Positions 27,676-38,854 of a stretch of DNA of 64,000 nt are shown piece after piece. A model generated the notes under the pieces. It was not told the origin of the DNA. It saw only the letters and a program-made list of their open reading frames with translations, and searched no databases. Source of the DNA: a virus; IMG/VR virus record IMGVR_UViG_3300034378_000186, positions 16,793 to 80,792 of that record; one strand, written 5' to 3'. Numbering within the stretch: the first letter of the stretch is position 1; every line of letters begins with the position of its first letter. Position numbers and translations under genes: made by a program.

Positions 27676-30491
27676 TGGCTGATAAATTATTAACTCCAAG
27701 ATATTATAAATATTATAGGTATATCATTAAAGAACAGATTACTGTTCAAGAATTAGTTGATAGACCTAATGGAGTTTTTGAATCTTTTAAGAATGATATA
27801 AAGGCTCTTTTGGATTATTTTGTAGAATTAGATTATGGGAAAGAGGGTATAATAAAAGAAAGTAATTCTGATCGAATAAAATCTATGTATAATGAAAATC
27901 AAAAAAGATGGTTTGATCAGGAATATAGAGCAGGAAGGTATGGAAATATAATTGTATTACCAAACTCCTTTTTATGGGTTTCTCATTCCAGGGTAACAAG
28001 TTCCTTGGCTGTTCAATATGGAGAAAATCTTTTTATTGAAACTACAGATCTTAATTATTTTTGGGCAGAAACTCAAAAATTAATAAATGATAACGTAGAT
28101 TATTTTCCTATTCAAGGGGTTGGAGGTAGTAGATTATTTAATACTGAAAAATTTAATGTTATTCAAACAGAAGAAGAAGTTTCTGTTAAATGGTTTACTC
28201 CTTCTGATATAGGTTATTTTCCAAGAGAATTGAATGGAGTTATTCAAAGTTTATCTACTAATTCAATTATGGGAGGAGGGGGTAATTTTCAAATGAAATT
28301 ATCAGAGGTGGAAAAAATTTTTGGTATTTTTCTGGGCTCATCTGTAACTACAAAAAATCTTGAATATGATGCAAGAAATGAACCTATTTATAATAAATTT
28401 ATTCCTTTTTCTTATGCTAATGATATAGATTCTTTAGATACAAAAAGATCAGCTTCCATTTCTACAGGGGATAAAGGATTTTTAGAATTTCCTTCCGGAG
28501 ATACAATAGTTAAAAATAATTTGGGTTTTATAGAAGGATCGATGGGGAAGGGTGATATTGTATTTATAAAATTTGAAAAACTTGTTTTAGAAGATGGGGA
28601 AGATGATTTAGTTTGTTCAAAAGAAGGATCTATAAAGATATGGGATATGATTGGTGTTATAGATACTGTTTCTGTTAATTATAATGCTGAATCTAATAAC
28701 TATGAAATAACTGTATCAGGTAGAGATGTAATGGGAATATTAGAAGATGATGCAAGTTATTTTTATCCATTGGCTTTTGCAAAAACAGATAAGACAGAAT
28801 TGAATCTTCAAGATAGTTCAAATATATTTAAAAGAGCAGTAATAGGGGAAAATCAAGATGGAGGGTATGATGAATTTTTTACTAAAGAAAGAAGGTCTAT
28901 TAGAGATTCTATCGGATTTGTAATAAATACTTTATCTAATCTTAGAATTGGAAATTGGTGTCAAATTGGGTATTATTATGATAAAGATAATAATACTATA
29001 AATACAGTAGATAGTAGGATAGGGAAAAGAAGAACCAAAAAATTAGCAATAACTGGTACAAGTAATAATGTTGCTTATAATGATATTAATAGAGAAGATC
29101 CTGTTGAAGATTCTTTTACTGCAGGAGTTGCAAATATAGATTATGTTGAGCTTCAGGGAATATGGGGGATTGTTGATTTTGTTATTGATCCTAAACTTGA
29201 AAATAGAAGGATAGTTAACAATATGTTGGTAAAATCAGAAGGAACTTTAATAAGTCATATGAATGAGATTTGCCAAAAACCTTTTGTTGAATTTTTCGGA
29301 GATACGTATGGAGATAAATTTGTTTTTACAGCTCGTCAACCTCCTTTTAATAAACAAGGGGTTAGATCTTTTTTAAATCAACAATCTTATATTACTATTC
29401 CACCTGAAAAAGTTTATGGTTTTAATATCGAATGGGAGACAGAATTTTATAGCTGGTATGAAATTCAATATAATGATAATTTCCTGGGATATGATAAAGC
29501 TACTGTTTTAGGATATATTCCTATTGCATATTTTTCTGAATTTGCAGAAGATTATGGTAATAGTAGATATTTGATTTCAGATTCTTATGTTAGTAAGAAA
29601 GCTTTATCTCAAAAAGATAAAGATGTAATTGTAGATCCTCAAAGAGAAGCTATTTTAAATGATTTATTTTATGTTATTGAAAGCACCCTTTATCTTCCAT
29701 TTACCAGGAGAGGAACAATTACAATAGTTGGGGATAGGAGAATTAAAAAAGGAACATTTATAAAATATGAATATACTAATGAAGTTTTTTATGTAGAGGG
29801 TGTTTCTCATTCTTATACAGTTAATATGAATGCTATAGAGAGGGTTACAACTTTACAGGTTTCAAGAGGTATGTTTTGGGAGAATATATTTGATGAGAGA
29901 TATAATTATTTTAATATTGCAAATATAGATGCTTTAAAAAATGATTACAAAAAATTGTTTGATTATAAGGAAAAGAAACCTAATAAAAAAGTAACTATTG
30001 GAGATTCTAAATTTGCATTTGATAAATATATTTTAACTGATAATGATAAGCAAAAATTAAATAAACAGGTTATTCCAAGATTAAAGGAAGATCCTGAGCT
30101 TAAAATAAGTATTGAGGGTCATACTGATTGGGTTGGATCTGACGAATATAATATTGAGTTAGGATTAAATAGGGCAAAGGCTGTTTATAATTATTTTGTT
30201 GAACAGGGAATTGATAAGGGTAGAATGAGAATAAAAACATTTGGAGAAAGTAAACCTATTGCTTCAAATGAAACTGATGCAGGAAGAGCTCAAAATAGAA
30301 GAACTGAAGTAATTTTTATTGAACCTAAAAATTCTTCTCCAAGTGATGATAAATATTCAAAATCAGGAAAGAAAACTGAATCTTCTCAACCTATTTTAAA
30401 TTATGATGTTTATATATATTTTAGAAAAAGAGCTGAAACTTATGTTGCATATACTAAGGGTGCTATAAAACAAAAAGGAAGGGTTTTATAA
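27675..30491 (+). CDS. Baseplate hub-like protein with C-terminal OmpA-like peptidoglycan-binding domain
   Basis: VSGRD, PFVEFFGDTYG, RRGTITIVGDRRIKKG...FYVEGVSH hub-type motifs; FAFDK...IEGHTD-VGSDEYN-ELG--RA...GESKP...NRRTEV OmpA_C motif. Confidence 0.8.
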   Translation: MADKLLTPRYYKYYRYIIKEQITVQELVDRPNGVFESFKNDIKALLDYFVELDYGKEGIIKESNSDRIKSMYNENQKRWFDQEYRAGRYGNIIVLPNSFLWVSHSRVTSSLAVQYGENLFIETTDLNYFWAETQKLINDNVDYFPIQGVGGSRLFNTEKFNVIQTEEEVSVKWFTPSDIGYFPRELNGVIQSLSTNSIMGGGGNFQMKLSEVEKIFGIFLGSSVTTKNLEYDARNEPIYNKFIPFSYANDIDSLDTKRSASISTGDKGFLEFPSGDTIVKNNLGFIEGSMGKGDIVFIKFEKLVLEDGEDDLVCSKEGSIKIWDMIGVIDTVSVNYNAESNNYEITVSGRDVMGILEDDASYFYPLAFAKTDKTELNLQDSSNIFKRAVIGENQDGGYDEFFTKERRSIRDSIGFVINTLSNLRIGNWCQIGYYYDKDNNTINTVDSRIGKRRTKKLAITGTSNNVAYNDINREDPVEDSFTAGVANIDYVELQGIWGIVDFVIDPKLENRRIVNNMLVKSEGTLISHMNEICQKPFVEFFGDTYGDKFVFTARQPPFNKQGVRSFLNQQSYITIPPEKVYGFNIEWETEFYSWYEIQYNDNFLGYDKATVLGYIPIAYFSEFAEDYGNSRYLISDSYVSKKALSQKDKDVIVDPQREAILNDLFYVIESTLYLPFTRRGTITIVGDRRIKKGTFIKYEYTNEVFYVEGVSHSYTVNMNAIERVTTLQVSRGMFWENIFDERYNYFNIANIDALKNDYKKLFDYKEKKPNKKVTIGDSKFAFDKYILTDNDKQKLNKQVIPRLKEDPELKISIEGHTDWVGSDEYNIELGLNRAKAVYNYFVEQGIDKGRMRIKTFGESKPIASNETDAGRAQNRRTEVIFIEPKNSSPSDDKYSKSGKKTESSQPILNYDVYIYFRKRAETYVAYTKGAIKQKGRVL

Positions 30492-31387
30492 TGATTAATC
30501 ATTGGAAATCTGGTAAAAAAAATAGGGGTAAGGCTTTTATAGGTATTGCTCATATAATTATTCCTAAAGGAATATCCGGAGAAAATAGAGCTAAATTTAT
30601 TGAAGATTCTTTAAGGGAAAATAAAGTATCTATTTTGGTTGAGAATGGAGGGGGTATTGCTCATGATTGTCCTATTACTTCAGAATGTTTAAATAATATC
30701 GATTTCCCTCTTGGTTATGGTCAATTAGGATCTCCTGTTTTATTTTATTTACATCCATTAAGCAATATGCCTATTGTTTTTGGAACACTTACTCAGGATC
30801 AAGATCTTAATTTTATTACAGAGGGTGATAGAACTTTAAGAGGGGATTTTTTACCATATAATTCATTTGCTGAAGTTATTGCTAAAGGGAAGGATGGAAA
30901 AGTACAAATTAATGTTTATTCAGATCATGATACAGGAGGGGAGATTTTTATTAATGCTTCAACAAAAAATCAAAAAGGGAAATTAAAGATAAATATAATT
31001 GGTGAGTCAGATATATTTACAAAGGATAAATGTAGTATTACAAGTAAACAAGAAATATTTGTAAAGGTAACAGATCCGGAAGAAGGGGAAGATTTTGATG
31101 ATAACGTTGATGATCCGGAGAAATTTAGCTCCATGAAAATAACCCCTGAAAAGATAGTTTTTAATGATGCTGCTAAAGAAAGTTATATACCTGACATAAA
31201 TAAGTTGGTTGACAAAATAAATGCCTTAGAGGAAGATTTAAATGCCTTAAAACAGGCCTTTAATACTTGGGTACCTGTTGTCATGGATGGTGGAGCTGTT
31301 TTAAAGGCAGCAACTGCAACATGGGCAGCAGAATCATTTTTACCAACTGAGGTTGATGATATTAAAGATGAGAAACTTGAAAATTAG
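30491..31387 (+). CDS. Baseplate spike / gpV-like protein
   Basis: Follows hub; beta-repeat C-terminal half; WVPVVMDGGAVLK. Confidence 0.6.
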   Translation: MINHWKSGKKNRGKAFIGIAHIIIPKGISGENRAKFIEDSLRENKVSILVENGGGIAHDCPITSECLNNIDFPLGYGQLGSPVLFYLHPLSNMPIVFGTLTQDQDLNFITEGDRTLRGDFLPYNSFAEVIAKGKDGKVQINVYSDHDTGGEIFINASTKNQKGKLKINIIGESDIFTKDKCSITSKQEIFVKVTDPEEGEDFDDNVDDPEKFSSMKITPEKIVFNDAAKESYIPDINKLVDKINALEEDLNALKQAFNTWVPVVMDGGAVLKAATATWAAESFLPTEVDDIKDEKLEN

Positions 31388-31392
31388 ATATT

Positions 31393-31617
31393 ATGGCACT
31401 GGATAAATCAAGATTAGCAGATAATATTGAGGATGCAATTACAGATATTGATCCTGCAGAACCTGATTTTCATAGACAAATTGCAGAGGCAATTGCTGAT
31501 ACAGTTATTGATGAATTTAAAGATCATGGTGATGTAACTGTTGCTTCAGGAATACCTGTTCAAGTTGGAGCAGCGACAGGAGCAACAACTGCTCCAGGAA
31601 CAGGAGGTATAAGTTGA
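31393..31617 (+). CDS. Small spike-tip-like protein
   Basis: 74 aa ending GATTAPGTGGIS, after the spike gene. Confidence 0.5.
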   Translation: MALDKSRLADNIEDAITDIDPAEPDFHRQIAEAIADTVIDEFKDHGDVTVASGIPVQVGAATGATTAPGTGGIS

Positions 31618-31658
31618 TTTTTATATGTCGTGAATTTTTATTATTTTTATAGATTGTA

Positions 31659-32492
31659 ATGGCTGATATTGAAAACATAATAAGTAGGTATAATCAAGAG
31701 ATTTCTAATATAGGAAGAGCTGGTTTACATGCTTTATTCCCAAGAGATATAGAATTTTATTCTATGGCTTTGGAATTGGTTGATATTGCAGGGAATTCTA
31801 TTGATTATTTTGTTTTTCCTATTATGCCATCTCAAATTAGAAAAAGTGAAGCTAACAGGAATACAGTTAAAAAAACGGCAAAGGCTACTGTTATTTTAGG
31901 ATCTAAATATTTTACTCCTTCTCAAATTACAATGACTGGTAATTTTGGAAGAACTTTTAAGATATTAATTGGTAAACAACCTATTGTATTTAAAGGGTTA
32001 AGATTTAGTAGAAAATCAGGAGTTAATAAAGCTAGTGATTTAGAAACTTCAGGATTGGCAAAAATAAAGGCAGTTATTCCAGAATTTAATGTCAATATAA
32101 AAACTGGATATGGGTGTATAAAGATTCTTCAATCTATGATTGATAAAGCTAGAGGGACAGATGCAGATGGAAATCCATTTAAACTTTATTTATATAATCA
32201 AGCATTAGGAGAATCATATTGGGTAGTTCCAAATAAACAACCATTAATATTATCTCAGGATGAAAATCAACAGAATATGATTTGGAATTATTCTTTAGAT
32301 ATGATAATAGTTTCTGAGGATATTAGTGGGGAAATAGGGGAAAGTTCGTTATTAAATTTGTTAGGTCGTCCTGTTATCCAGAGAATTGTTAATCAAGTAG
32401 GAAGGGATGTTTTTAATTTTGTTTCAAAGAAAAATATTTCAGATGTGATTCCTAAGAAATTATCTACAGCTATAAAATCTTCTAAAAAATAA
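31659..32492 (+). CDS. Baseplate / tube initiator-like protein
   Basis: YFVFPIMPSQI, ITMTGNFG, IWNYSL; synteny. Confidence 0.55.
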   Translation: MADIENIISRYNQEISNIGRAGLHALFPRDIEFYSMALELVDIAGNSIDYFVFPIMPSQIRKSEANRNTVKKTAKATVILGSKYFTPSQITMTGNFGRTFKILIGKQPIVFKGLRFSRKSGVNKASDLETSGLAKIKAVIPEFNVNIKTGYGCIKILQSMIDKARGTDADGNPFKLYLYNQALGESYWVVPNKQPLILSQDENQQNMIWNYSLDMIIVSEDISGEIGESSLLNLLGRPVIQRIVNQVGRDVFNFVSKKNISDVIPKKLSTAIKSSKK

Positions 32493-33418
32493 TGGAGACA
32501 ATATTTGAAAAATATCGTAATATAACAGGAATAGATATTTCTGCTTATTTATTGACTTTTACTTTCTTTATTCAAGAAAGGTACCCAAATATTGTTAGTT
32601 ATTATACTAAAGATACTCAATTAAAATCAAAGGATGTTGAACAATTAGAAGATCTCTATAAAGATTCAGGGATTATTTTAAAATCATTTGAAACTTACAA
32701 AACTAAATTAAGTGAATTATTTGAATTTTGGGATTTACTTGATAGATGTGAAACAATAAATAATACCTTGGAGACAATTATAAATAGTCAAAGGTGGTTT
32801 AGAAGCAATAAATCTTTAACTTTTGATGGAAAATTCCAAAGGGATTATGTTTTAAAACAGGGTCAAACTTTAAGTAATTTAGCTGGTAATTTAGGATATA
32901 CTCAGGAGAATAATGATTGGGTTGATATTGCTCTTAGAAATAATTTACCTGAAGAGGAATATAATGTAGAAGGTGGAGCAATATTAAAAATTACTTTTCA
33001 AAATAATATCTCTGTTACTATTAATAGTGTTATTGATGCTGTTACAGGAGAAAGTATATATGGTAAGGATGTTGATAGATCTTTTGTAATGGAGCAAGAT
33101 GAAAACGGGGATTGGGATTTGAAAGTATTAAATTACAAAGATACAATTTATCAAACATACAATATTCTTTTAAAAACATTTAGAGGTAGTGTTCCAGAAT
33201 TTCCTAACGATGGGATTGAAAAAGATATTCTTGGGGGTAATGTTAATTCTGTTCAATACCCTGTTTTAGCAAGACAATTATCTGATTTGTTTTCAAAAGA
33301 TGATTCTTTTAGGAATTTTAAAATTTTAAAGATTGACCCTAAACAGGATCATATAGAAATTGATGTTGAAGTTGAAACATATTTGGGATTAGTTCTTAAT
33401 CAAACATTAGTGGTATGA
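32492..33418 (+). CDS. Baseplate wedge protein with LysM-like and gp25-like regions
   Basis: YVLKQGQTLSNLA...WVDIALRNNL; RGSVPEFPNDGI. Confidence 0.65.
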   Translation: METIFEKYRNITGIDISAYLLTFTFFIQERYPNIVSYYTKDTQLKSKDVEQLEDLYKDSGIILKSFETYKTKLSELFEFWDLLDRCETINNTLETIINSQRWFRSNKSLTFDGKFQRDYVLKQGQTLSNLAGNLGYTQENNDWVDIALRNNLPEEEYNVEGGAILKITFQNNISVTINSVIDAVTGESIYGKDVDRSFVMEQDENGDWDLKVLNYKDTIYQTYNILLKTFRGSVPEFPNDGIEKDILGGNVNSVQYPVLARQLSDLFSKDDSFRNFKILKIDPKQDHIEIDVEVETYLGLVLNQTLVV

Positions 33419-34596
33419 AAACAACTGTTTTAACAAATAATGAATTGAAACAGATTATTACTGAAATCTTTTTCAATAAACAAACAAAGGCTACAAAGAT
33501 AACAGATGAATCTGTAAATAATGCAATATTTTTTGCTTCAGGTAGAGTGGGACAAAAAGCAATGAAGGATATTGCAGTTATTGAATCTATGATATTTCCT
33601 GTTTCAGCTCAAGGAAGTTATTTAGATCAATCTGCAGCTTTATTCGGAGGTATTGAAAGATATGGAGCCTCAGGAAGTAGTACTTATATTTTAGTTATTG
33701 CTGATAATGGAACTTTATATCCACAAGCTTCAACTCAATTTAAAGCTACAAATGGACAAACATTTGAATTAGTGGAAGATTTAATTGTTGAAGAAAATGG
33801 TTTTGCTTATGGGAAAATAAGAAGTACTGGGATTGGTAAATTAACAAATTCAGAAGCAAATACGATTACGAAAGTAGATCCTGCTCCTGCCGGTCATATT
33901 GCTCTTACAAATGAATTTACAGCAACAGGGGGTAGAGATATTGAAACAGATGAAGATTTAAGAAATAGAATATTTTCTCACAACAATAAGATTTCACAAA
34001 AAACATTACAATATTTATCTGAGATATTTAGGCAGACAAATGAGGATGTTTTATTTATTCAGAATTTGGGGTTTGATGAGCAGGGGTTGTTAAATATTTC
34101 AGTTGTATTACAAAATGGTGCAGATCTTACAGAAAATGAAAGAAATAGTCTTTTAGATGCTTCCCAGGGGTATTTTGCATTAACTGATATAAATGTATTT
34201 GGGGATGATCTTGGAATCAAATTAGTAAATCCAACTTGGTATGAAGTTGGGGGTAATACTGGAATTGATTTTAGGGTTGAGATTTATTCTAATTTTGACA
34301 TTGATCAAGTAAGAAAAAATATTCAAATAGCAATGTCCAGATATTTTGATATAAGATATTGGACTGAAGATAGAAAGGTTGAATGGGATGATTTACTTCA
34401 GATTGTAAAACAAACTGAGGGGGTGAAATATGTTCCAGATGATTTCTTTAAACCTTCTGTTGATGAAATAGTTCCTTTAAACGAACTTCCTAGAATTAAG
34501 AAATTTGTGATGAGGGATATTGATGGTAATTTGATAAGTGACAATCAGGGAGTATTAACTCCAATTTTTTATCCATTAGAACAATTAGAATCATAA
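33415..34596 (+). CDS. Baseplate J-like protein
   Basis: AQGSYLD, ATGGRDIETDEDLRNRI, QTEGVKYV. Confidence 0.88.
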   Translation: MKTTVLTNNELKQIITEIFFNKQTKATKITDESVNNAIFFASGRVGQKAMKDIAVIESMIFPVSAQGSYLDQSAALFGGIERYGASGSSTYILVIADNGTLYPQASTQFKATNGQTFELVEDLIVEENGFAYGKIRSTGIGKLTNSEANTITKVDPAPAGHIALTNEFTATGGRDIETDEDLRNRIFSHNNKISQKTLQYLSEIFRQTNEDVLFIQNLGFDEQGLLNISVVLQNGADLTENERNSLLDASQGYFALTDINVFGDDLGIKLVNPTWYEVGGNTGIDFRVEIYSNFDIDQVRKNIQIAMSRYFDIRYWTEDRKVEWDDLLQIVKQTEGVKYVPDDFFKPSVDEIVPLNELPRIKKFVMRDIDGNLISDNQGVLTPIFYPLEQLES

Positions 34597-36632
34597 TGGC
34601 AATTGTAACGAAAACAGACATACCAGATGGAGCGATTTTAGAAATAAATTCTGTATTTAATCAAATTACAGTACAAAGTTTATTTGGTTTTTTAAATGAC
34701 AATGCTTCAACCTATTATAATCAAGAATTCTGTTATTCTGTGGATGGTGGAACTTCATTTACATCTTATGTTGCTTTAACTGAATCAAATATAAGAAATG
34801 TTAATGCAAATCCTGCAAGTGATCTGGTTGTAAGATATAAGTATGTTCAAATTGCCAGTCCTGTGATAAATCAGGATATTGTTATAAAAGGTATTTATAG
34901 TGATTTAGTATATCCTTATTTTGAGAATTCTCTGTTTAAAGAATTCTTTGATTTTAATGATCATAATGTTTTGAATTGGGCTTTAAATGTTCTTGAGAAA
35001 TTATATGATCGTGGAATTACTCCTTTTTATGTTGATAGAAATAAAGGAGAGAATATATTTCAAGATGAAGATTATATAAGTATCTGGGTGACAATTTGTC
35101 ATTTTTATGCGATCTTAGTAATATACGGAAGGCAGTATTTAAATATAAGGGATAATGTAATTCTTTTAAGATTTTTCTTTGATTTCATTGGATTGTTTTA
35201 TAATGCAAATAATACATTGGAAGAACTTCAATATTTATTTGATAATTATATCCAGGAATTTAAAGATCGTGGAACAAATAAAATTCATGTTTTTAGGGAT
35301 TCAGATACAGAACCAAGTGGAGAATTATTAAGGTTGATAGATTATTTATATCCTGATGAATTTATATTTGCTCACTGTAAACCTGAAGCTGTAGGATGGA
35401 ATATTGGGAATTCTTCTCCTTGTTATAGGGGTACTGAAAGTATAATCAATGCAATTAAGGGGTATGAATTTACTGATTTTGTGGAAGATCCTTCTAAATA
35501 TCCTTTAGAAAATGATCAATATATTACCACTAATCATATTACAAATGGGGTTGATTTTGTAGATTCAAATATGGATGGATTAGCAGATGATTGGGTTGGT
35601 TCCGGATCTGGAAATACATATTCAATTGTTTCAGGTAATGGTTTTTCTGTAAAAGCTCAAAGGGTAGATTATCCTGGATTTTTACCTTCGTTTTTTGGAG
35701 TAATTCAAAATAATGTAGTTAATGCAGGATTTAAAGCAAAATTGAAATTTAAATATCGTTCTGATTCTCTTGTTCAGATAAAATTTGGATCTGTAACTGT
35801 GGCAAGTTATCCAGTTAATGAAGGGGAAGCTAAAAGTGTTGAATTTGAATTTGTTCCCACAATGACAGGATCTATTTCTTTGGGAGCATTAAATGATATT
35901 GGTTATGCTGAATTTGGAGATATTTCACTTAATTGTGGATTGTTTATACAAGATATTCCGGATGGGGATTTCTCTGGAGTTTCAGAGGTAGAAGATGATA
36001 CTAAGAAAATAATTGTGTCACCTGAATTAAATTATGAGGTGAGTTTTAGAATAAAGAAAAATGATTCATTTGATAATGTTTCATTTGGAGTTCAGGCTTA
36101 TGATGCTCAGGAAAATGCAATAAATTTGGTTTCAGTTATTGATGGATCTTCTTCTAATGATTTTTTTGTATCTAAAAATGTTACAAAAGTTACATCAGAA
36201 GAATATTGGGTAAGAGGGGTTATTTATAATAAAGATCAACCTGATGTTTCAGCAAATGATGCTTTATTAAATGTGGGATATGGAAAGAATTTAAGAATGG
36301 GTGAAAAAGTTGCTTTTATTATACCAAGAATAAGAATTAATGGTGATTTAGGTCCAAATCTTGCTTGCATTAGAGATATAAAAATAAGACCTGCAAATTT
36401 ACCATTTTCTTTAGGATATTTAGGAGCTAAAAATTTTATTATAAATTGGGTTTTAAATAGAAGTGGGATTCCAAATGATAAGGTATCTCAGATAGTGAAA
36501 CAATATTTAATACCATATAATAGCGTATATTTTCCAATTTATTTAACTGTAGAAAATTTAGGAACACAATTCTTAAAGTTGAATTCTGGAGGATATTTAT
36601 TATTAAATACTGGTGGTCGAATAATACTTTAA
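34596..36632 (+). CDS. Baseplate wedge / tail protein with internal carbohydrate-binding-like segment
   Basis: Follows baseplate J; FKDRGT and YLIPYN motifs; central DGLADDW beta-sandwich-like stretch. Confidence 0.55.
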   Translation: MAIVTKTDIPDGAILEINSVFNQITVQSLFGFLNDNASTYYNQEFCYSVDGGTSFTSYVALTESNIRNVNANPASDLVVRYKYVQIASPVINQDIVIKGIYSDLVYPYFENSLFKEFFDFNDHNVLNWALNVLEKLYDRGITPFYVDRNKGENIFQDEDYISIWVTICHFYAILVIYGRQYLNIRDNVILLRFFFDFIGLFYNANNTLEELQYLFDNYIQEFKDRGTNKIHVFRDSDTEPSGELLRLIDYLYPDEFIFAHCKPEAVGWNIGNSSPCYRGTESIINAIKGYEFTDFVEDPSKYPLENDQYITTNHITNGVDFVDSNMDGLADDWVGSGSGNTYSIVSGNGFSVKAQRVDYPGFLPSFFGVIQNNVVNAGFKAKLKFKYRSDSLVQIKFGSVTVASYPVNEGEAKSVEFEFVPTMTGSISLGALNDIGYAEFGDISLNCGLFIQDIPDGDFSGVSEVEDDTKKIIVSPELNYEVSFRIKKNDSFDNVSFGVQAYDAQENAINLVSVIDGSSSNDFFVSKNVTKVTSEEYWVRGVIYNKDQPDVSANDALLNVGYGKNLRMGEKVAFIIPRIRINGDLGPNLACIRDIKIRPANLPFSLGYLGAKNFIINWVLNRSGIPNDKVSQIVKQYLIPYNSVYFPIYLTVENLGTQFLKLNSGGYLLLNTGGRIIL

Positions 36633-36643
36633 AAATAGAAATT

Positions 36644-38836
36644 ATGTCAGGAAAAACAGGACAAGTTAATATTCAGAGAAATCTTTTTTTAGAAAAAGAA
36701 GAAGTTTCTGCGATGCAAGATTTTATGATTAGAAATATTCCATTGTTTTTGTTTGAAAACAGTACTCAGTCTTATGGTATTGTGGAAAATCAGGCTATTA
36801 GTGGAAATGATTTTTTGATTGAAGTTGGAACTAATGCCGGAACAATAAAATGTCAATATGATAGTTATGCAATTGACAATGATATGTTCTTGATGTTTCT
36901 GCAGCAATTCGATAATTTCCCTATTCCTGCACAAGATCTTTATTATTGGATAAGGGTAAGTCATGAAGATTATAGAGCTGAACCTGGAGAAGTATCTGTA
37001 ACTATTGATGGTCAAGTTACTGGGGTTGGAACAACGTTTACAGAATTATTAAGAGGTCAAAATGCTAAGGCCCCTACAAGGATAAGATTTTATAAAGAAG
37101 ATGATGAGGGTAATGAAATTTCTGTTTCAAATCAGGCTACTTATGAAGTTATTTCTATAAACAGCGATACAAGTATGATTATATCAGGAGAATTTATTCC
37201 TGAGTCTGGAGTGAAATTTGTAGTAGTAGGAGCTTATACGCTTGGAACAATTTTATCTTCTGAACAAAAAGAGGGTTTATATAAATATGATTGGTGTAAG
37301 GTTGAAGCTATTCAGGAAGTTGATTTGAATACTCCTCCTACAGATCCTGGGAATGGATATGTTGAAAATAAGACATTTTATATTGCAAGGGTAAGATGGA
37401 GTAGTGAAACTGGAGTAACAATTAAAGATAAAAGGGAAGATTATTGGAGGTTGAATTTTGGAGAAATTATTGTTGATACTAAGGCGGAAAGGGATGCAAG
37501 TAATTTAACCAATCTCAATATATATGATTGGATGAATAAACTTGAAACATATAATATGTTAAATCAAGCTTTAAAATTATATGAAGAATCTGATAATTCT
37601 ATTATTTCAGGATGTATTGAAAATGGAGGTACTATATCTGAAGGTTTGGTAGTTCTTGATGGGGAATTATTAAAGGTAGATTCTCATACAAAATCAGGTA
37701 CCTATTTTGAGAAAGTAACTGTTTCAGATCTTCCAAGGGCAACAGTAACAGCAGCAAGTGGAAATTTAAAATTTGATGATAATTCATTTAAAACTGGAGT
37801 AAGAAGGGTTGAATTAACTCAAGTGGTTAGAAAGGGGGTTTTCGATGTTTCATCTATTATTACTCCTCCAGATGAAGAATGGAGAAGACTTTGTTCTTTC
37901 CCCGAAGATTATATTGGGATGTTTGGACTTAGATTTGAAAGACTTCTTCCTATAATAGGGACTATTTCAACAGATGTTTTAATTACTGTTCAACAAATAT
38001 CTGGATCTCCTTCTGTTGTAATTACAGCAACAGGATTATTAGGGGTTGGAGCTTTTAAAGTGGTTCAAGAAAGTGGAGAACTTCATATTGAACTTTTATT
38101 TTCTTTTGTAGAATCTAATTCTAAATTAGAATTATATCCAATATTTAGTTCAATAAATGATATTACTTTATATGAGGGGGAATTACCTGTAGGAAATCAA
38201 CCAGGAGAAATAGTTATATATATATCTGATAATGAAGATTCTTTTGTTCATTCAGGAGATATTTCAGGGAGAAACATTAATGCAAATTTAAATGTAACTG
38301 GAGAAAAATTTGTTGCAAATGATCCTGAAGGAGTTAATTGGGGGGATGGTTATGATTTAAGACAAGATTTATCGGGTCCTTGGATTGATCAACCTATCAC
38401 TTTAGCAGGTTCAGATACGGGTGGAACTTATTTATTTGATCTTTCTGCTGATTCGGTAAACTTTCATTGGAAAAGGGTTGGGGGGAATATGGTGTTTATT
38501 CAATGTAAAATATCAAATGTTGAATTCCCAGCTACACCAGATGCAGGAGGATTAAAAATAAAAGATTTACCTTTCACTGCTGCATTTGGATGTTATGGAA
38601 CTTTCACTCATCGATGTTTAAATTTTGATGAGCATCCTATTGTTCCTGGTAGAGTTAGAATGGAGGCAGGATGGGATTATATAGTTTTATTAAAACAGGC
38701 TTTACATAGTAGTAATTTAAGTTGGAATGATGGTTATAGATTTGATTCCTTACCAAGTATAACGGTTGCAACTCATACTAATTATCCTACAAGATTTGAT
38801 ATTCAGTTTGGATTTTTTGTAGCAATTAATAGTTAG
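36644..38836 (+). CDS. Tail fibre / baseplate-attached structural protein
   Basis: RNLFLEKEE N-terminus, GQVTGVGTTFT, C-terminal WKRVGGNMVFI fibre-type domain. Confidence 0.6.
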   Translation: MSGKTGQVNIQRNLFLEKEEVSAMQDFMIRNIPLFLFENSTQSYGIVENQAISGNDFLIEVGTNAGTIKCQYDSYAIDNDMFLMFLQQFDNFPIPAQDLYYWIRVSHEDYRAEPGEVSVTIDGQVTGVGTTFTELLRGQNAKAPTRIRFYKEDDEGNEISVSNQATYEVISINSDTSMIISGEFIPESGVKFVVVGAYTLGTILSSEQKEGLYKYDWCKVEAIQEVDLNTPPTDPGNGYVENKTFYIARVRWSSETGVTIKDKREDYWRLNFGEIIVDTKAERDASNLTNLNIYDWMNKLETYNMLNQALKLYEESDNSIISGCIENGGTISEGLVVLDGELLKVDSHTKSGTYFEKVTVSDLPRATVTAASGNLKFDDNSFKTGVRRVELTQVVRKGVFDVSSIITPPDEEWRRLCSFPEDYIGMFGLRFERLLPIIGTISTDVLITVQQISGSPSVVITATGLLGVGAFKVVQESGELHIELLFSFVESNSKLELYPIFSSINDITLYEGELPVGNQPGEIVIYISDNEDSFVHSGDISGRNINANLNVTGEKFVANDPEGVNWGDGYDLRQDLSGPWIDQPITLAGSDTGGTYLFDLSADSVNFHWKRVGGNMVFIQCKISNVEFPATPDAGGLKIKDLPFTAAFGCYGTFTHRCLNFDEHPIVPGRVRMEAGWDYIVLLKQALHSSNLSWNDGYRFDSLPSITVATHTNYPTRFDIQFGFFVAINS

Positions 38837-38854
38837 TTATAAAAATAAATAAAG

